DNA of 64,000 nucleotides, the filler included, from Gonapodya sp. JEL0774 (lineage: Eukaryota), in assembly GCA_027604505.1 (NCBI GenBank). It is 21 parts of 21 records of this genome, joined end to end, with 100 filler letters (N's around TTAATTAATTAA, not from the genome) between each part and the next. Parts side by side here need not be neighbours in the genome. Positions count along the whole stretch, not along the records: positions 12,296 to 15,264 come from JADIIX010001553.1; positions 15,365 to 18,333 come from JADIIX010001554.1; positions 18,434 to 21,401 come from JADIIX010001555.1; positions 21,502 to 24,469 come from JADIIX010001556.1; 17 more parts are not named here. The stretch is one strand, 5' to 3'. Shown here in pieces: positions 12,296-24,569 of the stretch (within the stretch, counting starts at the first letter, position 1; each line of letters starts with the position of its first letter). The translations under genes and the position numbers were made by a program. The notes under the pieces were generated by a model that searched no databases, had not been told where the DNA came from, and worked only from the letters and a program-made list of their open reading frames with translations.

Positions 12296-14001
12296 ATACT
12301 CATGTTGTGCGATGGAGATACCACTCAGCACGTAACACGTGTGATAAAAGTCGGGACTCCTGTATCGGTGGAAGCAGTGCCAGCATGAGCTCAAATCTCA
12401 ATTCCAAACAACGTCATCACCGCCTGCAGCTCACTTGTCCGGCTTGTCTTTGAGTCCCCCGTGTTCATTTTGGCAACAGGCGAATACGTATTCTTGCAGG
12501 GGGACTGTAGGTGATATAACATCCAAACTTAGAAACTGCGGTATTGATTTACAGTTTGAGGACGTGTTCTCACTCCGACCCATCAACCCTTCAACTGATT
12601 CCAAAAATCACACACGATGAGAGTCATGAAAACAGGCACGAAACCTCTTGGAGCCCCGAGGACCCACTCACCTGACACTTCCTGCCCCGTCTTCCGAAGC
12701 GCTTTCTCCAAAATAGGAAACGCCCCACCTTGCCAGAACGAATAGCACCCATCCACGAGCTTGTTCGTTCGTCCTTGAAAGCCTCCTTCAAACCGCATTT
12801 GACGGGCTGCGGTCCAATGCTAATCGGTTTTGGCCGGAAGGGGGTTCATGTGACAGGCCCCCACGACGACGAAGACGGAAAGCACTCACCGCGAGGGCTT
12901 CGAGATTGACTGTGTCTGCTGCGTCGAGAATGTCAAGGGCCGCGAGTGCGCAGTAGCTGTACCCGCCGTGAGCTTCCACGCCGGGCACGCCTCCGAAACC
13001 TCCTTCGTATGTTTGACATCTTAACAACGAAAGGTCAGACAACAATGGATGCCAGTATGATACCGGTACGGGTTGGATCTCACCGTCGAAGAAAATGGGC
13101 GCAACCAGTCGTCAACTCAGGCGTCAGGATATGGAGGAGTCGTGCCGTGGCGAGGGCACAATACGACGCCCTGGCATCGAACAGAAGCGATGCGAGAACA
13201 TTTCAATCCACCATATTCTCGCGTAGCTACAATCGAGGACGCACGTGCCTGACGTCAACCTCTCCACCTTCGTGAACGATAAACGACCCGTCGGGTTGTT
13301 TCAAACGAAGCATCCAGTCGTAGATCTTGGATCTGCGAGCACGTTCCCAAGGTTTATCATATCTCAACTTAGTTCAACCTTGCTCTGGGGTACGAACCGG
13401 TCAATTATTTTGAGTGCTTCATCGGATCCGAGAGCGGCGAGAGTGTGGACACTGGCGTAGGTGGGGAGAATGTGTGGTGTCTGTTGGGGTCCACCTGCGA
13501 AGCCTCCGTCCGGACTTTGAAACGTGGCGAGCGTGGCGATGATCCTGGAGAGGTCTTGGGCGTGAGTGCTGCATCTTGTGGTAGGGATATCCCATTACAT
13601 TACCCACGCCCGAAGCACGTACCGCTTACCTTCGAGACTCCTCCAGCGACAGGGCAACTCCCATCAAGTCCAGAGAATTGACAACCCAATAGCAAATCCA
13701 TGCTCTACTAGCGTCCAGGGACACAAACCCCGCCTTCAATCGGGCAAAGCCTCGTTTCAAATATGCGGTATGAGCGTCCCGATTCAATAGGACGGAGCTC
13801 GAAGGGGGGCAAGCCAGGTCATGGGGAGAAATTTCAACCCAGATAACTTGTTGGAAGAAGAAAAGGCGAAGTTACTCACCTAAAGAGAGCTGGATTGGTT
13901 CGGAAAGGTGACAAGTAGGAGTTGACCGTGTCCTCCGTGTCGAGCTGTGATTCGGATGTTTCCGTTGGATAGTCATCGTCGTCATAGAAGAGATTGCGCA
14001 T
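12296..14001 (-). CDS. RAM1: Protein farnesyltransferase beta subunit, 3'-truncated
   Basis: YDDDDYPTETSESQ N-terminus, CQTYEGGFGGVPGVEAHGGYSYC, GFQGRTNKLVDGCYSFWQ, DFYHTCY (Zn ligands D, C, H all present). Confidence 0.95.
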
Positions 14002-14123
14002 AGTTCCCGCGTGCGCGATGATGGATGAATCTGTTGGATTGGGTCTTGTTGTTTCTCATTATGCACTACGACTTTATGCAACAAAGTTCTCATTTCATGC
14101 AACGAATCTGAACTCGATCCGCA
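14002..14123. promoter_or_regulatory. Compact bidirectional promoter between RAM1 and the inhibitor-2 gene
   Basis: Only 122 bp between divergent predicted start codons (14001 minus, 14124 plus). Confidence 0.6.
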
Positions 14124-15063
14124 ATGTCCAGAGGAATTCTCAAACACAACCCGGACGACAAAAGCAACACAGCGCGACTCCGATGGGACGAAGGTTCGAT
14201 TCCCCTTCATAATCGGCCCCTCCATCGCCCCCATGAATCAATATAATCGTCACTCTCAACGTCCCCCCTTCACCCCAGACAACCTCCTCATCACCGAAGC
14301 CACCAAAGGCGGTAAAATGCCTATCACGGAGCCTAAAACGCCCTTTGTGCGGTACGATTCGGCAACGAACATGATCTTGGGCCATTCGGCGGTCGTGCCG
14401 CCTTTGGAGCTTGAACGGGCCCTTGCGGACCAGGCAGAGGGGCGGAGAGGCGGTGGGATGGACGATTTTGATCTTGATGGTGGCGGGTTGGGCGATGCGT
14501 GGGACGGGAACGATGGGGCGGAGCCGTTCAGTCTTGATAGAGGTGCTGGACATCCCGACCACGAGACCGTACCTGCACCACCGCATCCTCACGTACTCTC
14601 GAATCCACCGTTTGCGATGCTTGACGTAGGGAGCTCGAGTGCTGCTGTGCCGCACCACGCTCTTGAGGTTGACATGGAGGACGCACCCACCAGCCACCAG
14701 GGTCCCAACGGTGATTGGGACGACGACGAGGAGGACCAAAGAGGGATGACGCCAGACGGTGGGCTCGTCGAGCATAAAGCTCCGAATTTTGTTTTGTCTC
14801 TCTCATTGACGTCCCCCGCGCTTACACCAGACCTCGCCAAACGCCGCGAGTTCGACCAGCACCGAAAATCCCACTACAACATGCGTCAAGACATGCTCCG
14901 AGCGCGACAACTTCTGGCAAAGGAAGACGACGACGAAGAGGACGACGGAGACGGGGTGGAGAGGTCGCCGTATGTTCCGGAGGATGGGGAGAGCGAGGAG
15001 GACGAGGAGGGCGAGGACGTTGGAGCGGAGCCTGTGGAGAGTGTCACGGCGTTACGGCGATGA
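14124..15063 (+). CDS. GLC8: Protein phosphatase 1 inhibitor-2 (IPP-2/Glc8 family)
   Basis: Exon 1 MSRGILK...LRWDE, then NL...ITEPKTPF and FDQHRKSHYNM. These are the SILK, RVxF-like, IDEPKTPY and HYNE-type motifs of inhibitor-2. Confidence 0.88.
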
Positions 15064-15795
15064 CACCCGTATGCATGCTTGGTAGACAAGGTTCCGCACA
15101 TGAGATAGTGCTACACCGTCTCTTGTATATTGCTATAACAAAAATGTACACACAAACATTCCTCCACCCGTATCACCCTCCCACTGCGAGTCCAATCCTT
15201 GGCCACCACCAACCCACCATTCCCCCACCTCACTCCAACTCCTTATTCTCCACCTCGCCTGCCTNNNNNNNNNNNNNNNNNNNNNNNNNNNNNNNNNNNN
15301 NNNNNNNNTTAATTAATTAANNNNNNNNNNNNNNNNNNNNNNNNNNNNNNNNNNNNNNNNNNNNTCCGATCAGCGAGTGCTGTGCCCTTATCCAGACACT
15401 CGCCCCCTCTGCAGCTCAAAAGGAAAATGTTTCGTTTCGATGTCACGCATTCTGAGACGCAATTCCACATCTCAAAGCTTCAACCGCGGCGACGTGAGAG
15501 TATTTGTTCTCACTTGACTGCCCAACGTGAGTCCATCTCGTCAAACGATTCCATACACAAACTGACATAGTTAACCCCAGCAGGTTGCAAACACCTCTAG
15601 TCTCATCAAAATTCCACTCTTCAACTCTTTCGCCAAGAATGAACTTCTTCTCAATCGACGACAGTTGCGGAAAGCCGTCGGCACCTCTAAATCAACTCCC
15701 GATGCCTTTTCAACCACAGAGGGTGAGTTCTCTCCAGCCACATCCAGTAATCCGTCCAGTGCTTGACCTAGCTCGCAGGAATCACTACATTCCGC

Positions 15796-16593
15796 TTGTG
15801 GGCACTTCCCTCGGAGCTTGTTGTTCGCATAGGGCATTTTGCAACCACTACCCGTCTCGGTCTTCCCACACACGCATTGAACAAAATCCTTGTCCAGCTC
15901 ATGGGGACTCCGGCCTCAATTGCCACGCGAGCGGAACACCGGTATGGATCTCGGCTTTCCGCGGTTCTTGGAGAACTCCGCCGCAGTAGTCATCGAAGCT
16001 CCGCTTTCGTGATTCGTGTACTCATCTCACGAGGGCTCGACGTGAATGAATTGTCTGGGACTGCGCTTCGTACTGCTGCTGCCGCAGGATCATTGGAAGT
16101 GGTGCGCACTCTGGTTGAGGAATGTTCGGCCAACATCTACCTCGCCCCTACCTCAAGTGACCACACTGCTCTCACTGCTGCAATATTGGGCGGTCGTTTG
16201 GACATCGTGGCGTACTTACTCCGTTGTGATGCAGGTGTAGGGGGTTTCTCTCCGGAACTTGCATTGCGAGCGGCGGTCTTCTCCAAGAAGCGCGATCTCG
16301 TTGGACTCATTGTCAGAGAATACACTGAACAACAAGGCGTAGACATGGCCGAAGAACTTGGCCACGCTCTTGTTCACTGCGCTGCAAAGGGTCTACATGA
16401 TATTGTGGATGTCCTGGCGACTTCTAGCCGAATCTCGAACATCGCTGTTTCCGAGGCGGCAATAGAGGCTGCTCGTCGCGGTCGCTTAGACTTTGTTGAG
16501 CTCTTGGCGAAGCGGTTCCCTTCCACACAGATTCCGTTGGAGGTGAAAGTGCATGCACGGAACGTGGCATCGATTCTGGGGAAGATGGGTTGA
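15796..16593 (+). CDS. Ankyrin-repeat protein with F-box-like motif (paralogue of 7655-8605); probably has further upstream exons
   Basis: LWALPSELVVRIG...RLGLPTHALN...SIATRA aligns with LPSEILLSIG...RLGLPSDALN...NIAARA; ANK repeats (ALRTAAAAGSLEVVRTLV). Confidence 0.85.
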   Translation: MWALPSELVVRIGHFATTTRLGLPTHALNKILVQLMGTPASIATRAEHRYGSRLSAVLGELRRSSHRSSAFVIRVLISRGLDVNELSGTALRTAAAAGSLEVVRTLVEECSANIYLAPTSSDHTALTAAILGGRLDIVAYLLRCDAGVGGFSPELALRAAVFSKKRDLVGLIVREYTEQQGVDMAEELGHALVHCAAKGLHDIVDVLATSSRISNIAVSEAAIEAARRGRLDFVELLAKRFPSTQIPLEVKVHARNVASILGKMG

Positions 16594-16703
16594 GAAACCC
16601 GTAACATATGCTGTATTCTCATGTAGTTTCTGTAATATCACATTTCGGACAGTAATATAGAAATCCTTAGTGTCTCCCAACAAGGGCAAGATACAGAGCT
16701 TGA

Positions 16704-18333
16704 ATGGGACACGCCGCACAAGCTCAAGCACCCACAAATTGGAAACTCAACCAACCCAGATCCATGCATTCCTACCACGAGATCTCAAAGCATCATTTGA
16801 ATCGCTATGCTCCCAGTCGTGGCCATGTCTCCTTCGCGGACCAGCCTTCCCCATTTCGCCGTGAGCTTCCCTTAGTTCTGATTTAGATCGATCCAGAGCG
16901 ATTTCTACTCATCACGCTTGGCAGGATTCCAAAATGCTCGAATCATCGAGCTCCCTTTCCCTCCTGAGCCGTCCCTCGAATCGATTCCCTCTCCCTCCCT
17001 CTTGCCGTTTTACCAACCTGAACTGGCCGATTCGATCACCCCCCTGTCACTCTCATCCCTTTCCGACCTTCTCTTCCACTCTCTAGCTATCTCGGCTTGG
17101 AAAAACGGAGGTCCACATGACACGGGATCGTATGCTCTTCGATGTAATCCCAGTTCGGGCAACCTTCACCCAGTAGAGTGCTACATCGTAGGCAAAGCCG
17201 ATCCAGATGAAAGCACCATTTTGCCCTCTGTGTGGCACTACGCTGCAGATGAGCATGTACTCGAGGAGAGAGGCATCTTTCGCGATGGCGCAGAAAACCT
17301 TTGGAACCAAGTTGTGCGGTTCTTCCATCCGGCGCAAGGCTCTCCGGGGGAAGATACGAGAGGCATTGGACCAGAAATTCTCCTCGTTGCATTGACAAGT
17401 GTTACTTTTCGGGAAGTATGGAAATATGGCGTGCGAGGATGGCGTTATTGTCAATTGGATGTCGGTGGGTGTCTCGTGCACCTCACAGCGGTTCACGATG
17501 ACTATGGTGAAGCCAATCCCAATAAATTAAGGCCACGCGATCGCTTCTATTGCAATGGCGGCATCTTTGTTGGGCTGGAGATGTCGTCTTCTCCCAGTCT
17601 CCTCCGACACAGTTGGCCGTCTTGCGGGATCACAGCAGCAAGGACAGTTTGCTCGAGGGGAGGAAGAGGAACCTTGCTGCTTACTTGCTCTCATTCCGTA
17701 CCACTCCTTGATTGTGGATGATTTCTCATTCCACATCAAAGACTTGGACGCCATTTTGAACCAGCTCACTGACTTTGCGGATTTTTCTGTCACAAAGCCG
17801 TCAGAGCTCTCACCAACAGGCGTCCGGTGGTCGTACCCTCAAATCGAGTCTGTTGGGGAACTTACAGGTTTGCGAGTCGACGCAGATCACTGTGTACACT
17901 CGACATCCGTATCGGCAAGACCTCCAAGCCTCGTTGAGATGTCCATCAGTGATCCTGAATCCTCCTTGGTTCTCAGCCCCCGTACTGCTATTCGCATTCG
18001 ACGTTCTGCCACTGAGATGTCTACAGGTGGCTCCTCGCTTCCACTTGCGACGTTTTTGACAATGCTTGCTCGGATTGTTCCGTACATGAGTTGGAGCCGG
18101 AGTGCGGATCGCATTCAGTCACCTTGGACAGTCATCCAAGACGACACTACTGACGTGCATGTTGTTATTGCTGTGCATCACGTAGCTGATCTGCAGTCGG
18201 GTTTCTATCTTCTAGTCCGGTCACCGCCGCCTGGGAGTGCGACAGAGCTACAAACAGCATTAAAGTGCTTCAAGCTCTCTGATTCCGTGCCGGTATTGGA
18301 AGGTGCCCCACTACAGCTCTATCTCCTGAAACC
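16704..18333 (+). CDS. SagB/ThcOx-like tandem nitroreductase-fold (FMN) dehydrogenase, 3'-truncated
   Basis: YHEISKHHLNRYAPS...DQPSPFRR, SLAISAWK, ALRCNPSSGNLHPVECY, HYAADEHVLEER, REVWKYGVRGWRYCQLDVGHA, second domain IRIRRSA; introns 16861-16924 and 17465-17531. Confidence 0.88.
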
Positions 18334-20901
18334 NNNNNNNNNNNNNNNNNNNNNNNNNNNNNNNNNNNNNNNNNNNNTTAATTAATTAANNNNNNNNNNN
18401 NNNNNNNNNNNNNNNNNNNNNNNNNNNNNNNNNGGCTGTCGGGTCCCTTCCGTATACATCCCCACATCCCACTCTACAAGCATTGATATGCCTTTCCATA
18501 GTTTATCTTGTTTTGCCCATGCCCTGCCTCGTGTGCTTCATCCCCATCCCGTCGCGGTGCCCTTCAGAGTTTTCAACCGCTCACGACCCCCAACAGCACC
18601 ACCAGCACTGTCATTCCCCTTGGTAAGTCATTCCACTCGTCTTTAAGGTTCTGCTCATTATCCCTAAATATCTCTTTTCCTCCCATTTCCAGGCTGCTGG
18701 CGCACCGCTCTACTCTGACAATCTACGCATTTTGAACACCGACCATTTGCCCAATTTCCTCCGCTGGAGTGATTCTGTCGAATTAGAGCGTGAGATTCTA
18801 CTGTGATTTTACTCCTTTCACCTGTGACACACCTTTCGTCTTCCCATCCCAACCGTACTTCGACCCCTCCGTCCCAACCACATGCGAGCTTTCGGCCAAA
18901 CGTCACTCCGCTTCACGTGGTCCGGTGGCTACTACGTCGAGGAGTTAGTGACGGCGGGGCTCGAGATGGTTCGGTCAAAAGTGAAAGTTGAGAGCCCTCC
19001 CGCTGGAGCTGTTACTCCAGTGAACGTTTAGCTGACATGACAGATCAATTTGACCCCTGTCCGCTCATAATAATAGAATTTTTCGAGAGGGAACGCAGGT
19101 GTAGACCTTGAATGGTCGTCCAAGAATGCAATGCCAATTTGCTATTGCACAGGATTTCAGGTGAGTTCGTATAGACGTGAGACAAGACAAGGATGAAAGG
19201 TGCCCAGAACCTCCGTAGGTCACTTAGCACCCCAACTTTGGATTTTCTGCACACCCCCGCCACCCCATTACTCTACTCTGTTTCCATGTTGATTTCACTC
19301 ACTACATCTTCTCCATCTCTCCCCCGTACCTTCAACCCACTCTTTCCGACCGCCTTTTCTCACATTTTCAACGTATTCAAATCGCCGACCCATCTTTCTA
19401 CGAATCTCACACCTCACTCGTCGCAGATTTCGTTGTCCAATTGGAACACTCTCCGCTCCGAGTGTCACTGTCGGGACGTATCGACAAACGCTTCATGTAG
19501 TCAATTAGCCCCTCAACCGCTCTGACATTATTTAGATTTCTTTACCGTGTTCACCAGCTTTCCCAATCTTGCCAGCATTCCTGCCTCCTCTGCAGGCCTC
19601 ACCGAGACGCGTCTGACTTCACACCTTCTCGCTCAGCATTCTCGCGGCGTGACTCACCGCCCCTATTCTTTCAACGGATTGGGCACCCATCGCTCTTTAT
19701 TAACATATCTGACATTGCACTATTCACTTCGGAACGGGGTACAATGAATCAAACCGGGCGCACGAAAGGAATGTGCCAGCAAGTGCGTTCATGATCGCGT
19801 TCGAACTCGACTACGGAGCTCAATGTGAGTGCGTCTGCCTGATCTTTGAACATGTGATGAAAGGAGGAAGCATAACAGTGTGGATCAGTGAGTATGTCTG
19901 CGCAAAGTGTCAGGGTCACTGACGATCGGATATATGTGTCGCACTCCACTTTTGTTGATCGTCGGACCTTTTGCATCTTGGTTGAAGAGTGAATCAGATG
20001 TATAGCTGTATTTTTTGAATGCTTTTCGAATTCTAATTTCTGGTTATTGTTTTGTGCTGTGTGGGGGGAACTTTGGACTCAGCGGATTGCTGTGCGCGCA
20101 GCACTTTTCAATGCGCAGCAATTCTGGTCTTCAGATGTATATCAAAGGACTTTCCATAGCACGGGAGGATAGGATATTATCAAAGGTCAATACATTGAAA
20201 GCCGCGACGGAACTTGAGTGTATTTCTATCGCGTCCATGACTCTCTTTCATCTGTGTTCGAGAGGCTACAGTTGTTGTATGACCACTGAGTCGATGTGCA
20301 GGACGGATAACCATTTCAGCATCACATTGCATGTGCAGTTGCAATTATCATGCACAGGTAGTGTCTTCGGAGATTAAGACATTGCATTTCGTACGTTGTC
20401 GCAGGTTTGTGTTCCGGCAAGGATGATCGACGCAAGACACCACCCAAATGGCATGACTGTGGATCAACCACTACCAAGCAGGGAGTAGCGACATCTTCCT
20501 CCCGGTTCTTTTCGCATCATTAGTGTTCCGAATGGACGGTAGCAAGACGCGAAGAGACCCCCACGAAAGATGCAAACTTGTCTTGTGATTCCGGTGCGGT
20601 GCGTAGTTTCCGGTTGTCTATTCAGCTCGTGAAGAACTGTCCTTTTTCTTCCGGTCACTGTGGTCGCCGGTTAATCTGTTCACCCACCAACAGCGCAAAC
20701 ACAACATTGCCCCTCTCTCACTGAACCAATCTTCAAAAGCAGACGTTTTCATGAATTCATCACGGTAGAGTAGTATGGTACAGTCCAGTAGGTGCTCTAT
20801 ATACAATAATTGCAGTTTGGAGGGAATCAGTCCACTCCTCAGACTCGCCTCCGAAGTAAATGACGGTACAGCAAAGAACCATCAACAAATCATGTCAAGA
20901 C

Positions 20902-21401
20902 TCAAGCGGCCTTACTCGACGGTGCACCCGACGTAATTGCAGGTTCCATGGTTACCCACTCTCCCACCTCACCCTTCCCGGCATCTCGTTCCACACCAAT
21001 GACGGTGTCGGGGCCCTCCGAAACTCTCACGTGTTCATTATGCGTAGCGAATCCCCTTCGCATTGCAGCTCGCTTCTCCAAGTACCCCACCGCCCACGCC
21101 AAACCAAGTCTTCGTGCCCCCAGTAGGGTGACGAGTACCACAAGGGCGAAGCCACTGAGTGCCCCGAACACGACTCCGACAACGAAGCCGGATTCGCTGC
21201 CCCGGGGAATGCTCTGTGACTCTGAGGTATTCTCGATCGAGATAGTGCTGGGAGTCGGAGAAGCAGGCGAACTTGTCGCACTTGTTGTGGAGGACGCGGA
21301 ATTGAAGGGGCAGGTGACGATCGGGTAGGTCAGTGCGAATTCGGAGGAGGTATCACCATATCGAGGACAAGATGTGACGGAATAGAATGTGAACTCGCCT
21401 A
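20902..21401 (-). CDS. 3' part of a single-pass membrane protein with Ser/Thr-rich stalk
   Basis: SSTTSATSSPASPTPST stalk, hydrophobic GFVVGVVFGALSGFALVVLVTLLG, basic stop-transfer residues, cytosolic tail. Confidence 0.65.
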
Positions 21402-21731
21402 NNNNNNNNNNNNNNNNNNNNNNNNNNNNNNNNNNNNNNNNNNNNTTAATTAATTAANNNNNNNNNNNNNNNNNNNNNNNNNNNNNNNNNNNNNNNNNNN
21501 NTTTGAAATGTTTCAATGGGGGACTGTCCTGTTCCTCGGCAGAAAGGTAGCCGCATCCCGTGACTGCCCCTGAACAAAGACAAACCCAAGTGAAATCTAA
21601 TTATAGCTGACCAACTTCGTCGATTGAAAAGATCCACTGGACATTATTCTGTTTCTACAATGAGCTCGCTAATTTAATTCTCTGGTGAAGTGGTGACAGC
21701 TGCCATCAGAACCGATGATCGATCTCCTACA

Positions 21732-23950
21732 TCAGAAAATATGCTCTCTCGTGAGCAAGCCAACCCCCTCGCGCGTGATCCTTCCTATTATTGTACGATC
21801 CTGTGTATTCTCCACTTGCACTGCGCCGACCACCACCTTGATGGAGAACTGCTACAGTGCGTCTCCTTATACACCATCACCCCCAACGCTGAGTCTCTGC
21901 GAACTGTAAATGGGAATGCATCCGGCCCGCGCTTGCATGGTGTATTGATGTTGATGCGCGCGCAGTGATAAGCAAGTCTCGATATCAATTCGGAGAGAAC
22001 CTTGGAGTCCGTTGACGCGCCTGTGAAGATTGACACTTGCAATGCAAATTCCAGTGAGTCGAGGTACTCAAAATGGTAGACTCGTGTTTGAATGAAATGA
22101 TTGGAGTGAGTGGACCTAAACGTCAGGTGTAAATGGCGAGAGTTTGGACTCATACAGGTACATGAATCCAATACAAACCGAACTGCTCCTCCTTAGTCAA
22201 CCTTGCGTTCTTCCAGTTTACTGGAGTTAACACAGTGAGACTTACGAGACTCCTGTCGAAGATGCCCCGCGATTGTTTGCTACCTTGGAACCATTTGAGA
22301 TCATCATCGAGAAGGGCTCTAAGAAAGTCCGGTTTCTGCACCTCTGTGAGGGGGGTCATCTTGATGCCGTCCTCCAAAGGGAGGCCTATGGGAAGATCGT
22401 CTACGGCCTTCGAAAGCTTGGTGAGAAAGTCGTCGAGAATGCTCTTGAGGGGTAGGAGTTCACGAAAGAAGTTGATCTCGCTCAGTTGAGCTCTCCCAAC
22501 CAAGTTGATCCTTACCTCGTTCACCATTATCCCCTTGAGAGCAGTACACCTTTGGCCATTGAAGCTGAGAGCGCCTTTGACGACTTGCTCCACGGTCTTT
22601 TCGATGACCGCATTCTCAAGGACCATCTCGGTGCATTTGCCTTCAAGCTCGAGAAAGGTTCGGAAACGGTTCACACGGGGGTGAGACGCGATGATACACT
22701 TTGCAGCTGAATGTGTTTCGACGAATGCGAGGCAGTCGATGTCGCCACTAGATGACATAACAGTGCGTTGGTTGTCGGTGACGTACAATACCATCAGGCT
22801 AGGGGATCCAGATCGGACATAGGCGTCACTTACGTTTTGATCATCGCTTGCATCGTTTCACGTCCGCTTCCAGTCACGAGGCTAACGACGCCGGGAGGAA
22901 AACAGTCCCGGAACAGCGGTAGCATCGGGAAGTGGCACGCGACTCCTTCACGTGGAAGGTGCAAGACGACGGAATTCCCAATCTTTAGTTGTCATAGATC
23001 TGGTCATCGTTCTGATCACCGAGTTATACTGTTGTGATGTACTCACTATCAGAGCTGGAATAAACTGAGCATAAGTCTCGTTCAGTGGATAGTTGAAAGG
23101 ACCTGAGCACAGAACAACGCCAACTGATAAGTGCGAACCAGTGCGGCTGTGCCCTCGGAGACCACAAATTGGGACTCCGAGTTGTGCATATCTTGCATTG
23201 AGGAAATTCTCAATTTGATGAACGCTGTACTTCTGCAATTGTTGTGAGCATTATCGCCAAGGGCAAACTCTGATCCTCATTTCGCCCTTACCGATTGTGC
23301 GATCGAACTCAGATTCCGCATCCTTCTTTGTCTTGCAAATCTCCCATTGAAGAATTTGAGTAACAATTTCTCTCAAAGGGGTAAGGCCGTTGACGAATTC
23401 ACGGAGTGCGGCAATTCTATCTACAATCCATCCGTGATATCGATGTCGTGATTTGACATTTGTATTCAACGAGAGCGCAAAAGGAAACTCTGCAAGATTG
23501 CTACCTTTTGCTCCTATCGTAACCCATTTCCCATCACCATTTGACCACGCATCCTTAGCTGATTGAACAGCTCCAATCGACACCTCTGCGTCACACATGG
23601 CGTACCTTGAAATGGGAATTCGGTCCTTTTGACCTTTGTAGCAGATACGACTTGCAACAATCTGAGGTTTGGCTTTCCACTGACGAATCTCTCCATTGAT
23701 CAGTGTGCAGCCCGCGTGTGGGACATTGGGAGGTTGAAGTGAGTGCCCAAAGAACCAGAATCGTTAGAACGAGACTGCAAAGCATCTAGCTTGGCAAGAT
23801 AGCATTTATTCAGTGGAAACCCTTGGGATGCTTGTGTCCCGAGCATGCTGTCTAGTAGTTCGGAAGCCGGTGCAGATGAAAGTCGTGGGGGGAGATCAGC
23901 GCCAAATGCAGCGCAAATGATGACCTGTTGAGTGGATCCGTCATCCATAC
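21732..23950 (-). pseudogene. gapN: Degenerate aldehyde dehydrogenase of the non-phosphorylating NADP-GAPDH (GapN-like, bacterial-type) group; 5' limit approximate
   Basis: [69 protein letters not shown]. Several frameshifts (about 23130, 22270-22300, 22070, 21870) and an in-frame TAG at 21852-21854. Confidence 0.85.
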
Positions 23951-24569
23951 ACCAAACACAAAGACGCATATCATGGATGCTAGATTCGTGCATGAGTAGA
24001 GCAGGGTACGACAATACTTATGTAAGATTTCGTTGGAGTGATGACGGTATGCGTTGAGCAGATATTGGATGGTGCATATGTACGTGAAAGCAACCAACGT
24101 ATGTATGGATACTGCCGCGAACATAAATGGTATATGCGACAGATGTCGTAGGAGGTTTCCTCTCCTGCTGTGCTCGTGCAGTGCCCCCCGCGAGGTGCGC
24201 ATATGAGCTCAGTGTCTCAAAATATTCAATCTGCCTCCCCCGTCCAGAGAATTCGTCCGGAAAATGAATACCTCAGGACTATCGGCAATGCCCTCCAGTG
24301 TCCCCCTTCGGGACAAGTCCGTCCCGTTCAGCGTAGATGCTTCGGGTTTGGTAACGCCAATGCCTCCGCAAAGGACGGAGTCACGCGGTTCACTGTACTC
24401 CCTCGCTACGACTTCCTTGACTTCGCTATCCAAGAAGAGAGTCTCTGGAAATCTGCAGGGTGGCATGGGNNNNNNNNNNNNNNNNNNNNNNNNNNNNNNN
24501 NNNNNNNNNNNNNTTAATTAATTAANNNNNNNNNNNNNNNNNNNNNNNNNNNNNNNNNNNNNNNNNNNN

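Noticed and set aside
18434..20900. 2.4-kb stretch of short ORFs with a hairpin near 20084-20123
   Set aside because: No recognisable protein motifs; best read as intergenic or UTR sequence, and one hairpin is not significant alone.
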